DNA of 64,000 bases from Ignavibacteriota bacterium (GCA_963787835.1 CAWBEI010000006.1:128001-192000), one strand, 5' to 3'; shown: positions 21,515-32,368, counted from the stretch's first letter. The notes: generated from the letters alone by a model not told the origin. Program-made: numbers and translations.

Positions 21515-22654
21515 ATGGCACACGATATTTTAACCGCTCCCGAAAAAATCTCGAAATCTGAAAAGACAGACTTCTTCCCTATACGCGCCATCGACCATCT
21601 CGAATTCATTGTCGGCAATGCCAAGCAATCGGCATATTATTACCGGTCGGCAATGGGTTTTAAGATTACCGGCTATGCCGGACTCGAAACCGGTGTGCGA
21701 GATCGCGCAAGCTATGTGCTGGAACAAGGCAAGATCCGTTTTATTCTCACAACTCCACTTGTGCCGGACCATCCCTACCAGGATCACCTACGGCAGCATG
21801 GGGACGGCGTGATCGACATCTCGCTGGAAGTTGATGATGTGGAACGCGCCTACTCAGAAACCACAAAACGTGGCGCATCTGGCGTGCGTGAACCTCGGGA
21901 GATCACCGATGAAAATGGAACCTATCGCACTGCTGCCATTCGAACGTATGGCGATACTCTCCACAGCTTTGTCGAGCGGAGAAATTATCGTGCGTTTGCT
22001 CCCCGATTCCGTCCCGTATCATCCGAGGACACGATTGCCCGTCCGGTAGGATTAGCTGCTGTCGATCACATCGTCGGAAATGTGGGATGGAACCAGATGA
22101 ACGAATGGGTGCGGTGGTATGAGGAAGTAATGGGGTTCCACTTATTTGTATCGTTCGATGATAAAGATATTTCTACCGAGTATTCTGCGTTAATGTCCAA
22201 GGTCGTGGCTTCAGGTTCGGAGAAGATAAAATTCCCTATTAATGAACCGGCTACGGGACGCAAGAAATCTCAGATCGAAGAATATATCGAGTGGTACAAT
22301 GGCCCCGGTGTTCAGCATATCGCAATGGCAACGGGTAATATTATCGAGTCTGTCACGAAATTACAGCAGCAGGGAGTCGAGTTCCTTCGCGTACCAAGTT
22401 CCTACTATCGCGAATTACAAGATCGTGTTGGAGCCATCAATGAACCGATCGACGAATTAGAACGCCTTGGGATCTTAGTCGATCGGGATGACGATGGCTA
22501 TATGCTTCAGATCTTCACCAAACCTGCCGAAGATCGCCCTACCCTGTTCTTCGAGATCATCCAGCGCCGAGGGGCTCGATCGTTCGGTAAAGGCAATTTC
22601 AAGGCTCTTTTTGAATCGATCGAACGCGAACAGGATCTGCGCGGGAATTTGTAG
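21515..22654 (+). CDS. hppD: 4-hydroxyphenylpyruvate dioxygenase
   Basis: VDHIVGN, KSQIEEY, GVQHIA, LQIFT and FFEIIQR...FGKGNF motifs; start MAHDIL. Confidence 0.95.
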   Translation: MAHDILTAPEKISKSEKTDFFPIRAIDHLEFIVGNAKQSAYYYRSAMGFKITGYAGLETGVRDRASYVLEQGKIRFILTTPLVPDHPYQDHLRQHGDGVIDISLEVDDVERAYSETTKRGASGVREPREITDENGTYRTAAIRTYGDTLHSFVERRNYRAFAPRFRPVSSEDTIARPVGLAAVDHIVGNVGWNQMNEWVRWYEEVMGFHLFVSFDDKDISTEYSALMSKVVASGSEKIKFPINEPATGRKKSQIEEYIEWYNGPGVQHIAMATGNIIESVTKLQQQGVEFLRVPSSYYRELQDRVGAINEPIDELERLGILVDRDDDGYMLQIFTKPAEDRPTLFFEIIQRRGARSFGKGNFKALFESIEREQDLRGNL

Positions 22655-22656
22655 TA

Positions 22657-23379
22657 TTAATATACGGTACATCCTGCAAGGAGCTTACTGGTCCAATCCG
22701 TACCATCGCACGAAGAATCTTTTACGATCCACCCGATAGCCGGTGCGATCCAGTAATCAGTATTCAAGATCGTGGTATGAGATGTGGAAGGATGTGAGAG
22801 AATGGTTTCAGTTTCCGTTATCACTTCGTGGATCTTGAATGTTCCATAGGTGATGCTATCGGCGTCCGTTATATTTTCTACACCGATATACGAGCGCGTT
22901 GCGTATTTTTGAACCTGAGTTGTATCAAAATAAAGAATCCCGTCAGGCGAGTATGTGGTGTCAGCAATTTGAACGATCGGTGAACCACCTGCTGTCGGAA
23001 ATCTCTGCCAATCGGATGATGAAAATCCCCAGGAGCTGTCAAGAACGGAATAATCTCCATTAGTCTCGAACGAGATGTACTCTCCAGAACTATCAAGTTT
23101 GATTGTATTGGATTTCCCCGCAAAGTATCCGTTGGCACCTACCCAGTAATGGGCATCCTCACTACCCTGGAGATTAAATTCCAAGCTTCCGTGATAGTGC
23201 GTCTCGACGAATAAGCTCCCTACACCCGGCACCTTCCAGGTAAGGCCCTGCGCAGGCTGATGAGGAGGAGTTGCCGGGGGCGGTGAAGAGCTGTTTTGGC
23301 ATCCTCCAAACCCGATCATTTCAAATAAGACTAAGATGGCGAGAACAGCCGCTTTTGAATATGAAGCTTTCATTTTCAT
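22657..23379 (-). CDS. Hypothetical lipoprotein (paralog of 42508-43198)
   Basis: Lipobox FGGC followed by an S/P linker; shares NGD.SV, W.RFP and Y.AP.I with the 42.5-43.2 kb gene. Confidence 0.7.
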   Translation of the reverse strand: MKMKASYSKAAVLAILVLFEMIGFGGCQNSSSPPPATPPHQPAQGLTWKVPGVGSLFVETHYHGSLEFNLQGSEDAHYWVGANGYFAGKSNTIKLDSSGEYISFETNGDYSVLDSSWGFSSSDWQRFPTAGGSPIVQIADTTYSPDGILYFDTTQVQKYATRSYIGVENITDADSITYGTFKIHEVITETETILSHPSTSHTTILNTDYWIAPAIGWIVKDSSCDGTDWTSKLLAGCTVY

Positions 23380-23758
23380 ACGATTTTGTGGACACGAGAA
23401 GAATACTAAAGGGATAAGACCGATTTTTTCCATGCTGATTAACATGAATAGAACCAATATGTAAAAACTCTAATAGTAACTACCTTCGGATTCAGATTCT
23501 GTTACAGGAATTCATGAAAAATCTGTTATTATTATGATCTTAGTCGAAAATCTCGGTCTAAAACAAGGTGGAATCCGAGGTCGAACTCTTTCAGACCCAA
23601 CATTTGTATTCTATATGACAATTTTACTACGAGGTCTGCCTGGGTGGGTCCCAGGTCCGTCGCGATGCGGTGAAAAAATACCATCGCGCTATGAGCTACC
23701 TACCTCTATGCTCATTGCGATTCGTGATTAAAATACTTAATCAAAACCCTTAAAGCCT

Positions 23759-23795
23759 AAAGGCACCCTGGATAACATCAGGGTGCCTTTCTTTT
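23759..23795. terminator. Rho-independent terminator, possibly bidirectional
   Basis: AAAGGCACCCTG/CAGGGTGCCTTT stem followed by CTTTT. Confidence 0.75.
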
Positions 23796-23815
23796 GCATG
23801 TGCGAATAGTTCTCC

Positions 23816-24409
23816 TCAACCGACGAGCAACGCATCGTCAATGATCGAAGGTTCTATCGGTTGGGATGTAAACCGTTCTATGTGGGTACGAATCGTAGCA
23901 AGATCGAAGAAATGTTTCCCAACCGCATTCCTAAGTTCCCTTGCAACGGTATCTTGCGTAGATGCCACGATCACCCGCTTGCCGTAACTGCGAAGTAACT
24001 CGACAGCCCGTTCGAAATCTCCATCGCCCGTTACCAGCACAGCAGTATCATATTGCGCGATCGTGGTGAAGAGGTCGATCGCAAGTTCAAGATCGAGATT
24101 TGCCTTGCGGGTAAGTTCACCGGAAGCTTCATCTCGAAAGGCTTTGATCGTCTTTACACGAACGGTATATCCGGCATGGTTTAAGTAGCCATAAAAACTT
24201 GTCTCTCGTGGATCGGGCGGCATTTTTTGTGACGCATACCAAAAGGCATCACCAATAGCACATCCTTGTGTAAAAAAATCAAGGAGTTTACGAGGATCGA
24301 AGAACCAACCAAGCGAACGTTGCGCATAATAAGCGTTCTCGCCATCGACAAAAATAGAAATGCGATTTGCTTCTTTTGAATTATCGAGTAATGGATTTTG
24401 TATTTGCAT
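23816..24409 (-). CDS. NYN-domain (LabA/DUF88) protein
   Basis: IFVDGEN, KANLD, LVTGDGDF and ARELRNA motifs. Confidence 0.9.
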   Translation of the reverse strand: MQIQNPLLDNSKEANRISIFVDGENAYYAQRSLGWFFDPRKLLDFFTQGCAIGDAFWYASQKMPPDPRETSFYGYLNHAGYTVRVKTIKAFRDEASGELTRKANLDLELAIDLFTTIAQYDTAVLVTGDGDFERAVELLRSYGKRVIVASTQDTVARELRNAVGKHFFDLATIRTHIERFTSQPIEPSIIDDALLVG

Positions 24410-24503
24410 TTTGGAGTAAATAATATAAATGATTGAATTTGAGTGATTGATAAAACTTCTAAAAACTACACGTTGGACAACCATTTAAGAAATTGTAACT
24501 TAG

Positions 24504-25607
24504 TCAAAAATTTTTTCCAGTCTCCCGATCGAAAAGATAAATAGCTCGGTCTGGGATGTATAATGTAATAGAATCTCCAAGTTGAACTCCTTCAGGAGAA
24601 GTTCCTGCATGCGGAACACTCGCAACAAACGTCCCGCCAAACGCGTCCTCCCTTTCGATATAATAGTGGGTCACACTCCCGACTGGCTCAATAAGGATCA
24701 ATTTCCCTGTTATAGAGTCAGAGGAATCCGGTACAATTTTCGTAGAAGTAGATTCCGGACGAATTCCGAGATACACGTTCCGCTCTTCCTGTTTCTTTGG
24801 CAATTTGATCTTCAAAACCCCACTGCTTTCCGAAGCAATAAAGAATGAAGAATCCCCTTCATTTACAATCCCCCCCGGAAGAATATTCATCGCCGGCGAA
24901 CCGAGGAACCTCGCCACGAAAACGCTCGCAGGATGTTCATAGATCTCCGAAGGCGTACCAAATTGCTCCAATTCACCCTTGTTCATGACAGCGATCTTAT
25001 CCCCCATAGTCATGGCCTCGACCTGGTCGTGCGTTACATAGAGCATGGTTGCGCCAAGCCGACGCTGAATACGTTTAAGCTCGGCGCGCATCTGGGTTCG
25101 GAGTGCAGCATCGAGATTTGAAAGGGGCTCATCGAAAAGAAATACTTTGGGTCTTCGTACGATCGCCCGGCCAACTGCCACCCGCTGGCGCTCACCGCCT
25201 GAAAGCTCTTTCGGCTTTTTCTTCAGATGTTGATCTATGCCCAATAGCTTCGCCGCATCCTCTACCTGAGTCTTGATCTGTAGTTTTGGCACTTTTCGCA
25301 TTTTGAGCGGGAAGGCCATGTTCTCGAATACCGTCATGTGCGGATAGAGCGCATAGTTTTGAAATACCATTGCCACATCGCGATCTTTCGGCTCTCTGTC
25401 GTTCATGCGCTCTCCATCTATCAAGAGATCACCGGACGTTATTTCCTCGAGACCTGCCACCATACGGAGAGTAGTCGTCTTTCCACATCCCGACGGACCA
25501 ACAAGCACCACAAACTCGCCGTCGCGAGCAGTGAGCGTCACGCCTTTTACAGCGTGCGCTTCATTATCATAGCGTTTTTCGAGATTTAAGAGTTGGACTT
25601 CGGCCAT
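24504..25607 (-). CDS. Sugar/glycerol-3-phosphate ABC transporter ATPase (MalK/UgpC family)
   Basis: [29 protein letters not shown] and DEPLSNLD motifs. Confidence 0.9.
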   Translation of the reverse strand: MAEVQLLNLEKRYDNEAHAVKGVTLTARDGEFVVLVGPSGCGKTTTLRMVAGLEEITSGDLLIDGERMNDREPKDRDVAMVFQNYALYPHMTVFENMAFPLKMRKVPKLQIKTQVEDAAKLLGIDQHLKKKPKELSGGERQRVAVGRAIVRRPKVFLFDEPLSNLDAALRTQMRAELKRIQRRLGATMLYVTHDQVEAMTMGDKIAVMNKGELEQFGTPSEIYEHPASVFVARFLGSPAMNILPGGIVNEGDSSFFIASESSGVLKIKLPKKQEERNVYLGIRPESTSTKIVPDSSDSITGKLILIEPVGSVTHYYIEREDAFGGTFVASVPHAGTSPEGVQLGDSITLYIPDRAIYLFDRETGKNF

Positions 25608-25695
25608 AGGGATATAATACTAAAGTGGAACGGTGAGATTTCCTGACAGGTTCATAATATGTTGTTTTAATATAGACTCAAAATCGATTTTTCCA

Positions 25696-26094
25696 ATGCC
25701 ACAAAAAATTCTCCGACAAACGCGTACGTTCAATGCCTCTGCAAAAGATCTGTATGAAACGATCATGGACTCACGCAAACATTCTAAATTAACCGGTGGT
25801 GCTCCCGCACAGATCAGCAATAAAGTCGGGGGAAAATTTTCCGCTTACGGCGGAGAGCTTGAAGGAGAAATTCTGGAGCTAAAGCCAAACAAGAAGATCG
25901 TACAAACATGGCGAGCGAGTGATTGGCCGGAGGGGCACTATTCGCGAGCCACTTTTTCATTTGCTTCTGCCGGTATAGGAAAGACCAAATTGACCTTTAC
26001 TCAATCCGGCATTCCGCAAGACCAATTTGAAAGCATCAAGAAGGGCTGGATAGATTTTTATTGGGAACCGATGGCTAAGATGCTGGAGAAGTGA
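25696..26094 (+). CDS. SRPBCC/AHSA1-like domain protein
   Basis: KVGGKFS.YGG, KKIVQTWR..DW and GW..FYW motifs. Confidence 0.8.
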   Translation: MPQKILRQTRTFNASAKDLYETIMDSRKHSKLTGGAPAQISNKVGGKFSAYGGELEGEILELKPNKKIVQTWRASDWPEGHYSRATFSFASAGIGKTKLTFTQSGIPQDQFESIKKGWIDFYWEPMAKMLEK

Positions 26095-26863
26095 CCATCC
26101 CTTTTCCTTTTTCGTGAACATTTGGTTTTCGTAACCAGAGCAGTGCATAATTCGAGAAGAATGGATGTGGGTGCCGTTCAAGAAGATCCGATTTCCATTT
26201 GTGAAGCTGCCGCAATCCGGGAAACCGTTTGTAATAGGCGTGGCCGAAATATCCCCGGTATTCGATGATCTCCCATCCCAAACTCTGGAATCGGCGAATC
26301 GCGGGTCTTCGAGGACCGAAGCACCACCGGTAATAGGCTGGGAATTTTGCTCGGGATCGTCGCCCTTTCGGAGAAAAGAGATAATTGAGTGTCCAGGAAA
26401 TCCTCTCCGGCAAGAACTTATTGATTACGAATGGTATGCTGAACATGGTTGGAAAAAGATGAACTGCATCTCCTCCCGGGGCGAGCAACTTCCAAATATT
26501 GCGATGCATGGCCGCGGGATCTGCAATATGCTCTGCCACCATAACGCTAAAAACAAGATCGAATTGTCCGGCAAGCGTCGGGGTTCCATCACTGCCCAGT
26601 TCGCGAGCTTTGCTTAGATCGCCCGAAATATCGCACTCGATCTTTCGCACATACTGAGGAGCTTGCAAAAGCTCCTCATAGGAAAGTTCAAGGATAGCAT
26701 ACTGGTGTCCATGTTCTTTGATCGCTGATTCAGGGAGGAATGGATGTCTTCCACCACCAACGTCCAGAATGGATAGCTTCCGTGGCTGTTTCAGCAGAGT
26801 TTCTAAACGGTCTCGCAGGTCATCAAAACAGTTGCTGGTCGGCGTCGAATAAGAGATGCGCAT
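26075..26863 (-). CDS. Class I SAM-dependent methyltransferase
   Basis: ILDVGGG, FDLVFS...EHI.DP and LLAPGG motifs. Confidence 0.85.
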   Translation of the reverse strand: MRISYSTPTSNCFDDLRDRLETLLKQPRKLSILDVGGGRHPFLPESAIKEHGHQYAILELSYEELLQAPQYVRKIECDISGDLSKARELGSDGTPTLAGQFDLVFSVMVAEHIADPAAMHRNIWKLLAPGGDAVHLFPTMFSIPFVINKFLPERISWTLNYLFSPKGRRSRAKFPAYYRWCFGPRRPAIRRFQSLGWEIIEYRGYFGHAYYKRFPGLRQLHKWKSDLLERHPHPFFSNYALLWLRKPNVHEKGKGMVTSPAS

Positions 26864-26884
26864 GATGACTTCTCGACAGTCGTG

Positions 26885-29668
26885 TTATCTCGCACCTGCC
26901 ATCGCCGCACCCAGTTTGCGTTTCACTTCGACGATCTTGTATGCCTCGATGATATCTCCCACTTTTACATCGTTGAAGTTTTCAAGTCCAATGCCGCACT
27001 CGTAGCCCGTTTCTACTTCGCGGACATCATCCTTGAAGCGCCGAAGCGATGAGATGCCTCCGGAAAATACTTCCATCCCATCGCGCAACAGCCGAACCCT
27101 GTTATTACGCATGATCTTTCCATCTACTACGTAACAACCTGCGATAGTACCGGCTTTAGGAACCTTGAAAATGTCGCGAACTTCCACGGTCGCAGTGACT
27201 TCTTCTTTCTCTTCCGGAGAAAGCAAGCCTTCAAGAGCGTCCCGCACTTCGTTGATACAGTCGTAGATAACACTGTAGAGCCGAACCTCGACATGCTCGA
27301 CGGCCGCCAATTTACGCGCAGCTAAGTTCGGATGCACATGGAATCCAAGGATGATTGCTCCCGATGCAGCAGCAAGCTGAACATCGTTCTCTGTTATGGC
27401 GCCGACTGCACGGTGAACCATTTCTACTTTAACTTCTGGCGTCGAAAGCCGCAACAGTGAATCCGCAAGTGCTTCGACAGAACCATCGACATCGCCTTTT
27501 AGTATAAGGCGAAGATGTTGCACGCCGCCTTGCTTGATCTGCGCGCTAATATCATCAAGCGTAATAAAGCGGACTTGTTTGAAATCCTGCTCGCGTTTCA
27601 ATTGCTGGCGGCGAGAAGAAATTTCCTTCGCCTCAGAGTCGGAAGCAAGCACGATAAATTGATCCCCTGCTGCGGGAATACCATCGAAGCCAAGAATCTG
27701 AACCGGGGCAGATGGGCCGGCTACTTCTACCTTTTGCCCCCGTTCATCGAACATGGCTCGAACTCGACCGGAATACACGCCAGCAAGGAACGGTTCCCCC
27801 AAGCGGAGCGTCCCTTTCTGGACGAGCACGGTTGCCTGAATTCCACGTCCACGATCGACTTCCGCTTCGATGATAACCCCGCGAGCGCCTCGATCCGGAT
27901 TGGCTTTCAGATCCAAGATCTCTGCTTCCAGTGCAATGCGATCGAGTAATCCATCGACATTCTTACCAGTTCGCGCCGAAACTTCGACGGAACCATATTT
28001 TCCACCCCATTCTTCCACGAGAATGTTCCTATCGGCAAGCTGCTGACGGATGCGATCGGCATTTGACTCGGGGCGATCGATCTTATTCAATGCGAAGATG
28101 ATCGGCACGCTGGCCGCCTGGGCATGTGCAATAGCTTCCCAGGTCTGAGGCATTACGCTGTCGTCGGCCGCAATGACGACAACCGCAATATCGGTTACCT
28201 GCGCACCACGGGCACGCATGGCAGTGAATGCCTCGTGACCGGGTGTATCAAGGAACGTGATCGGCCTCCGGCCTGGAGCAGTGACCTCATACGCACCGAT
28301 GTGCTGAGTGATCCCTCCGGATTCTCCCGCCACGACGTTCGCTTTTCGAATATAATCAAGTAGCGAAGTCTTGCCATGATCGACGTGTCCCATGATGGTT
28401 ACCACCGGCGCTCTCGATTTCAAGCTATCAGGTTCATCTGGAATATCCTGAAGTGCATCGGTCGTGAATTCTTCCTGGAACTCAACAGCATATCCAAATT
28501 CATCGGCAACAAGCTGTATGGTATCCTTTTCCAAACGCTGGTTGATCGAAACCATGAGGCCAAGCGCGATACATTTTGAAATGATCTCACCTACAGACAC
28601 ATTCATCAGATTCGCTAGTTCATTCGCCGTGAGGAACTCCGTCGCACGAATGATCGCTCGCTCGCGCTCTGTCGTTTCCGCTGTTATGCGTTCTGCCTCT
28701 TCGGCGCGTTCACTTCGGCGCATTCGCCGCGACTTAGCACGGCGCGCTGTTGTGCTCGTTTCTTCGATCCCGGCAAGCGTGCGTCGAACAGCATCCTTTA
28801 CGTCACGGACATCGACGTTCTTATCTTTCCCACGCCGTGGTTTGATCTCAAGCTCCGCTTCTCCCGGTTTCTTGACGTGTTCGTGTTTTGCAACAAGCCC
28901 TTGAATCCGAGTCCGTAGCTTACTCTCGCCCTGTTGAGGTCGCCCCTCGGTCTGGGGAGCAGATTTGGGTGCAAGATCGATCTTGCCTTTGATCTTGAGA
29001 CCCGGTAATGCTACACGAAGATCCACCGGTTCGCCCGTGGCAATGACGGTCTTTCGCTTATATTTTCTCCGAAGTCCATGTTTCTGCTCAATCTCTGCTT
29101 CGACCGGTGGTACCTCGGGCACTATTTCCGGTGTCGGTTCGACGACGGCTTCGGGTTCAATAACTTCTGGAACGGGTTCTGGCGCTACCTCCACTTCTGA
29201 AAGGGTGGGCGCGGCTTCCATTTCGTCAGGCGGAGCGGGCGGGAGTTCAACAGGCTCAGCCTCGCTAACGACCGGCGTCGGCTCAATAACAATGGGAGCA
29301 ACGACTGGTGCGACTGGAGCTGGTATTTCGACCGGACGCTCCTCCACGACACGTTGATCTGAATGGGGGCGCTGCTCGGGATGGTCTTCTAAATAGTCCT
29401 CGTGGGTTTTGGCTCGTTTTTCCTTGAAGGCAGCAACTTTCTTCTGGCGTTTTTGTGCAACGTCCTTTTCTTTGCCGAATTGCTTCATGACGGCATCGAG
29501 CGCATCCGGCTCGATCTTCGACATGATCGACTTGACCCCTGTGAATCCCTTTTTTTGCAGGAATTCGATCAGCGTATCATGCGATACATTTATCTCCGTC
29601 GCAAGCGTTCGAACCGTTATTTTTTTCGCTGCTTCCGAGGCAGCCGTCGTTGTTGCTGTATCTGTCAT
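26885..29668 (-). CDS. infB: Translation initiation factor IF-2
   Basis: GHVDHGKT, DTPGH and NKID motifs; start MTDTATT. Confidence 0.97.
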   Translation of the reverse strand: MTDTATTTAASEAAKKITVRTLATEINVSHDTLIEFLQKKGFTGVKSIMSKIEPDALDAVMKQFGKEKDVAQKRQKKVAAFKEKRAKTHEDYLEDHPEQRPHSDQRVVEERPVEIPAPVAPVVAPIVIEPTPVVSEAEPVELPPAPPDEMEAAPTLSEVEVAPEPVPEVIEPEAVVEPTPEIVPEVPPVEAEIEQKHGLRRKYKRKTVIATGEPVDLRVALPGLKIKGKIDLAPKSAPQTEGRPQQGESKLRTRIQGLVAKHEHVKKPGEAELEIKPRRGKDKNVDVRDVKDAVRRTLAGIEETSTTARRAKSRRMRRSERAEEAERITAETTERERAIIRATEFLTANELANLMNVSVGEIISKCIALGLMVSINQRLEKDTIQLVADEFGYAVEFQEEFTTDALQDIPDEPDSLKSRAPVVTIMGHVDHGKTSLLDYIRKANVVAGESGGITQHIGAYEVTAPGRRPITFLDTPGHEAFTAMRARGAQVTDIAVVVIAADDSVMPQTWEAIAHAQAASVPIIFALNKIDRPESNADRIRQQLADRNILVEEWGGKYGSVEVSARTGKNVDGLLDRIALEAEILDLKANPDRGARGVIIEAEVDRGRGIQATVLVQKGTLRLGEPFLAGVYSGRVRAMFDERGQKVEVAGPSAPVQILGFDGIPAAGDQFIVLASDSEAKEISSRRQQLKREQDFKQVRFITLDDISAQIKQGGVQHLRLILKGDVDGSVEALADSLLRLSTPEVKVEMVHRAVGAITENDVQLAAASGAIILGFHVHPNLAARKLAAVEHVEVRLYSVIYDCINEVRDALEGLLSPEEKEEVTATVEVRDIFKVPKAGTIAGCYVVDGKIMRNNRVRLLRDGMEVFSGGISSLRRFKDDVREVETGYECGIGLENFNDVKVGDIIEAYKIVEVKRKLGAAMAGAR

Positions 29669-29903
29669 TACTCTCCTATGGGCAAAACACGAAGGTGCGC
29701 AATGCACTCGCCGTATTCTGCGATGAATGGTCGAACTCGTTAACCCATTCATCGCGGGGAACTGCCCCAGGAATGAGCTAACTCATATCGACCGATGCGA
29801 ATAAGCCACGCAGACTGGCACAGCCATTCTGTAATGGCAAACCATCCGCGCATGGCCCCGCGACTGACCGGCTGTTTCGATGCCGGATCATCAACGTACC
29901 GTC

Positions 29904-31325
29904 TTATTCATTGTTCACACTTTCTTCAGCGGCAGGTTCCGCAACCGCACTGGCTGCATGCCCATCCGTGCTTGGTTCCAATTCATGTGCTGTTCCTGTT
30001 TCGTCTTCACTGCGGTCTGCCGTTTGGCCCGGACGCAATGTTGTCAGAGAAACACCCGCTTTCTCAGCAGAGCTGGAAAGCAGTTCGTCAGCTTGTGCAA
30101 ATTCTTGTTCAAGAATTCTGCGAATATCTTCTAAACGCTGAGGAGTCATTCCAGTCACACGCAACAACGTTTCGCGTGGAGTGGAAAGGAATTCCTTCGC
30201 GGTGTCGATCCGTGCACGGATGAGTTCGCCATAAAGCTCAGCGCCGATCTCATCGCGGAAGTCGATAAGTTCAATGTCCTCCTCATCACGGGCTTCCTTG
30301 ACAAGATTGATCTGATAACCCGTCAACTTTGATGCAAGGCGAACGTTCTGCCCTTGTTTGCCAATAGCAAGCGAAACCTGATCGTCGCTGACGAGCACCG
30401 TAGCAGTCTTCGACTCTTCGTTTAACTCTACTTCAATAAGCTTCGCCGGAGAAAGCGCGCGTCCTAAGAATTGTACAGGATCCGACGTCCACGGAATAAT
30501 ATCTATATTCTCATTAGCCAACTCACGAACGATCGAATGAATGCGTACGCCTTTCATTCCCACACATGCGCCAACCGGATCGACGCGGTCATCGGTAGTT
30601 TCGACTGCTACTTTAGCGCGCTCTCCTGGCTCACGGGCTACACCCTTGATGAGGATAATTCCATCGAAAATTTCTGGAATTTCGATTTCCATTAAGCGCT
30701 CGAGGAAGCGCGGATCGGTGCGTGACAGGATAACAACTGGTGTTGCAGTTGGTCCGCCACGGCGCACATCTTTTACGATAGCGCGAATGGTATCGCCTTT
30801 GCGCCAGCGCTCGCGCTGGATCTGCTCCATTTTGGGAAGCAAAAGCTCGCGGCGATTGTGAATGATGAAAAGATCACCCTGACGTATCTGATACACCTCT
30901 CCAACAATGATCTCGCCAATAAGCTGAGAATACTCGTTGAAAAGATTATCCTTTTCGATGTCACGGATGCGTTGATTGAGATTTTGCTTTGCAGTGACGA
31001 TCAGCCTGCGGCCAAAATCCTTCCCCATATTGATGATCTCAACATACTCATCACCGGGTTCAAGTTCTTCGCCGGATTTTGCGTAGGCATCCGCAGGCGT
31101 AATCTCCAGCGCAGGGTTTTCCACTTTCTCGGCGACCGTTTTTTCAAGATAGATCTCGATGTCGCCTTTGTCCATATTCATGACAAGGTCAAACTTTGCG
31201 TCCATGCCGTATTTCTTACGGATCATCATGGCAAAGGTCTCCTCGATCACGGACATAAGAATATCCCGATCAATGCCTTTTTCACGGACCATATCCGCGA
31301 AAGATTCTACAATAAGTGGATTCAA
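29904..31325 (-). CDS. nusA: Transcription factor NusA
   Basis: AREPGERAKVAV, DPVGACVG and AIGKQGQNVRLA motifs. Confidence 0.97.
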   Translation of the reverse strand: MNPLIVESFADMVREKGIDRDILMSVIEETFAMMIRKKYGMDAKFDLVMNMDKGDIEIYLEKTVAEKVENPALEITPADAYAKSGEELEPGDEYVEIINMGKDFGRRLIVTAKQNLNQRIRDIEKDNLFNEYSQLIGEIIVGEVYQIRQGDLFIIHNRRELLLPKMEQIQRERWRKGDTIRAIVKDVRRGGPTATPVVILSRTDPRFLERLMEIEIPEIFDGIILIKGVAREPGERAKVAVETTDDRVDPVGACVGMKGVRIHSIVRELANENIDIIPWTSDPVQFLGRALSPAKLIEVELNEESKTATVLVSDDQVSLAIGKQGQNVRLASKLTGYQINLVKEARDEEDIELIDFRDEIGAELYGELIRARIDTAKEFLSTPRETLLRVTGMTPQRLEDIRRILEQEFAQADELLSSSAEKAGVSLTTLRPGQTADRSEDETGTAHELEPSTDGHAASAVAEPAAEESVNNE

Positions 31326-31521
31326 ATCAAGTAAAAATTAAGAATTGAGAATTAAGAGCATATCGTGCTTCTCTAACAATGAAACCAATAAGGGTTCCAT
31401 TTTGACAGATTCTACCCGAAATTCCTAATTAAAAAGCCCGTCTCCCGGTTGTCCAGAAGCGGGCAGTTTCAGTGTGATAAGGAACACCGATGCCTTTAAG
31501 AAGATTCAAAATGCTGAAATT

Positions 31522-31944
31522 CTACCGCAGACTCACATTTCCCTTCTCATCTAATTTCCAGAATGGATTAAACGCAACTTCCCATAAATAACCGTCGGGG
31601 TCTGCAAAATAGCCGGAATAACCGCCCCAAAATACTTTCTCTGCCGGCTTTACGATCCTCGCACCGACTCTCTCGACCTTAGCTATGACTTCATCGACCT
31701 CTTGCTCCGTTCGAGCACAATATGCAACGGTAAAGCCTGGAAATCCGCTTCCAGCGGGCTCGACGGTGGCATCCTTCGCAAGCTCGTCTTTTGGAAAGAG
31801 CGCGAAGATCATCCCGCTTAGTTGGAAAAAAACAATTCCCTCATTTTCAGTGCGGGCTTCCCATCCTAATCCATCGCGGTAAAATTTCAGGGATTCTTCA
31901 AGGTTTTTGACGCCGAGGGTAATAACGCTAAGTCTTTGCTCCAC
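31522..31944 (-). CDS. VOC (glyoxalase/bleomycin resistance) family protein
   Basis: ITLGV.....S..FY, FWGGYSGYFADPDG.LWE. Confidence 0.9.
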   Translation of the reverse strand: MEQRLSVITLGVKNLEESLKFYRDGLGWEARTENEGIVFFQLSGMIFALFPKDELAKDATVEPAGSGFPGFTVAYCARTEQEVDEVIAKVERVGARIVKPAEKVFWGGYSGYFADPDGYLWEVAFNPFWKLDEKGNVSLR

Positions 31945-31975
31945 AATAGATTCCTTCTAATAATTAATATCGTTT

Positions 31976-32338
31976 TTAGTGCAATTCCGGCTTTTCGCTT
32001 GCTAATGGGTGTCTCGGCTGATACATGCCAAGCTTGCCACCACTGGGAAGCGTGATCGAGGTCAGAAGTCCCCAGCCAGCGTTGCGAATATCACTACACT
32101 CCACGCCTTTTGATCTTAATTCCGCTATTGTTTTCTCGACATTATCGCACATGAGATAGATCTCATGCGACCCATCACCTTCGGTGGGATGAACACCAAG
32201 CTCTGCCGGTGGCAGCGCGAAGATAAGCCATCCCTCTCCTGCATCAACGCCTGTGAAGCCGAGTACATCGCGGAAGAAAGCGCGGTCTTTCTCCGCGTCT
32301 TTAGAATAGATCAGGGTATGGATTCCTGTGATCATCAA
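31976..32338 (-). CDS. VOC / extradiol-dioxygenase-like protein
   Basis: RAFFRDVLG, GWLIFALPPAE and GWG...LPSGG motifs. Confidence 0.85.
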   Translation of the reverse strand: MMITGIHTLIYSKDAEKDRAFFRDVLGFTGVDAGEGWLIFALPPAELGVHPTEGDGSHEIYLMCDNVEKTIAELRSKGVECSDIRNAGWGLLTSITLPSGGKLGMYQPRHPLASEKPELH

Positions 32339-32368
32339 TTTTTATTAAGTTTTTGTGCCCAATGAAAT

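Noticed and set aside
21515-22654. hppD as part of a pigment or secondary-metabolite cluster
   Set aside because: No pathway neighbours; ordinary tyrosine catabolism explains it.
23534-23731. 65-aa ORF over the structured intergenic element
   Set aside because: No recognisable motif; the region is better explained by RNA structure, though coding cannot be excluded.
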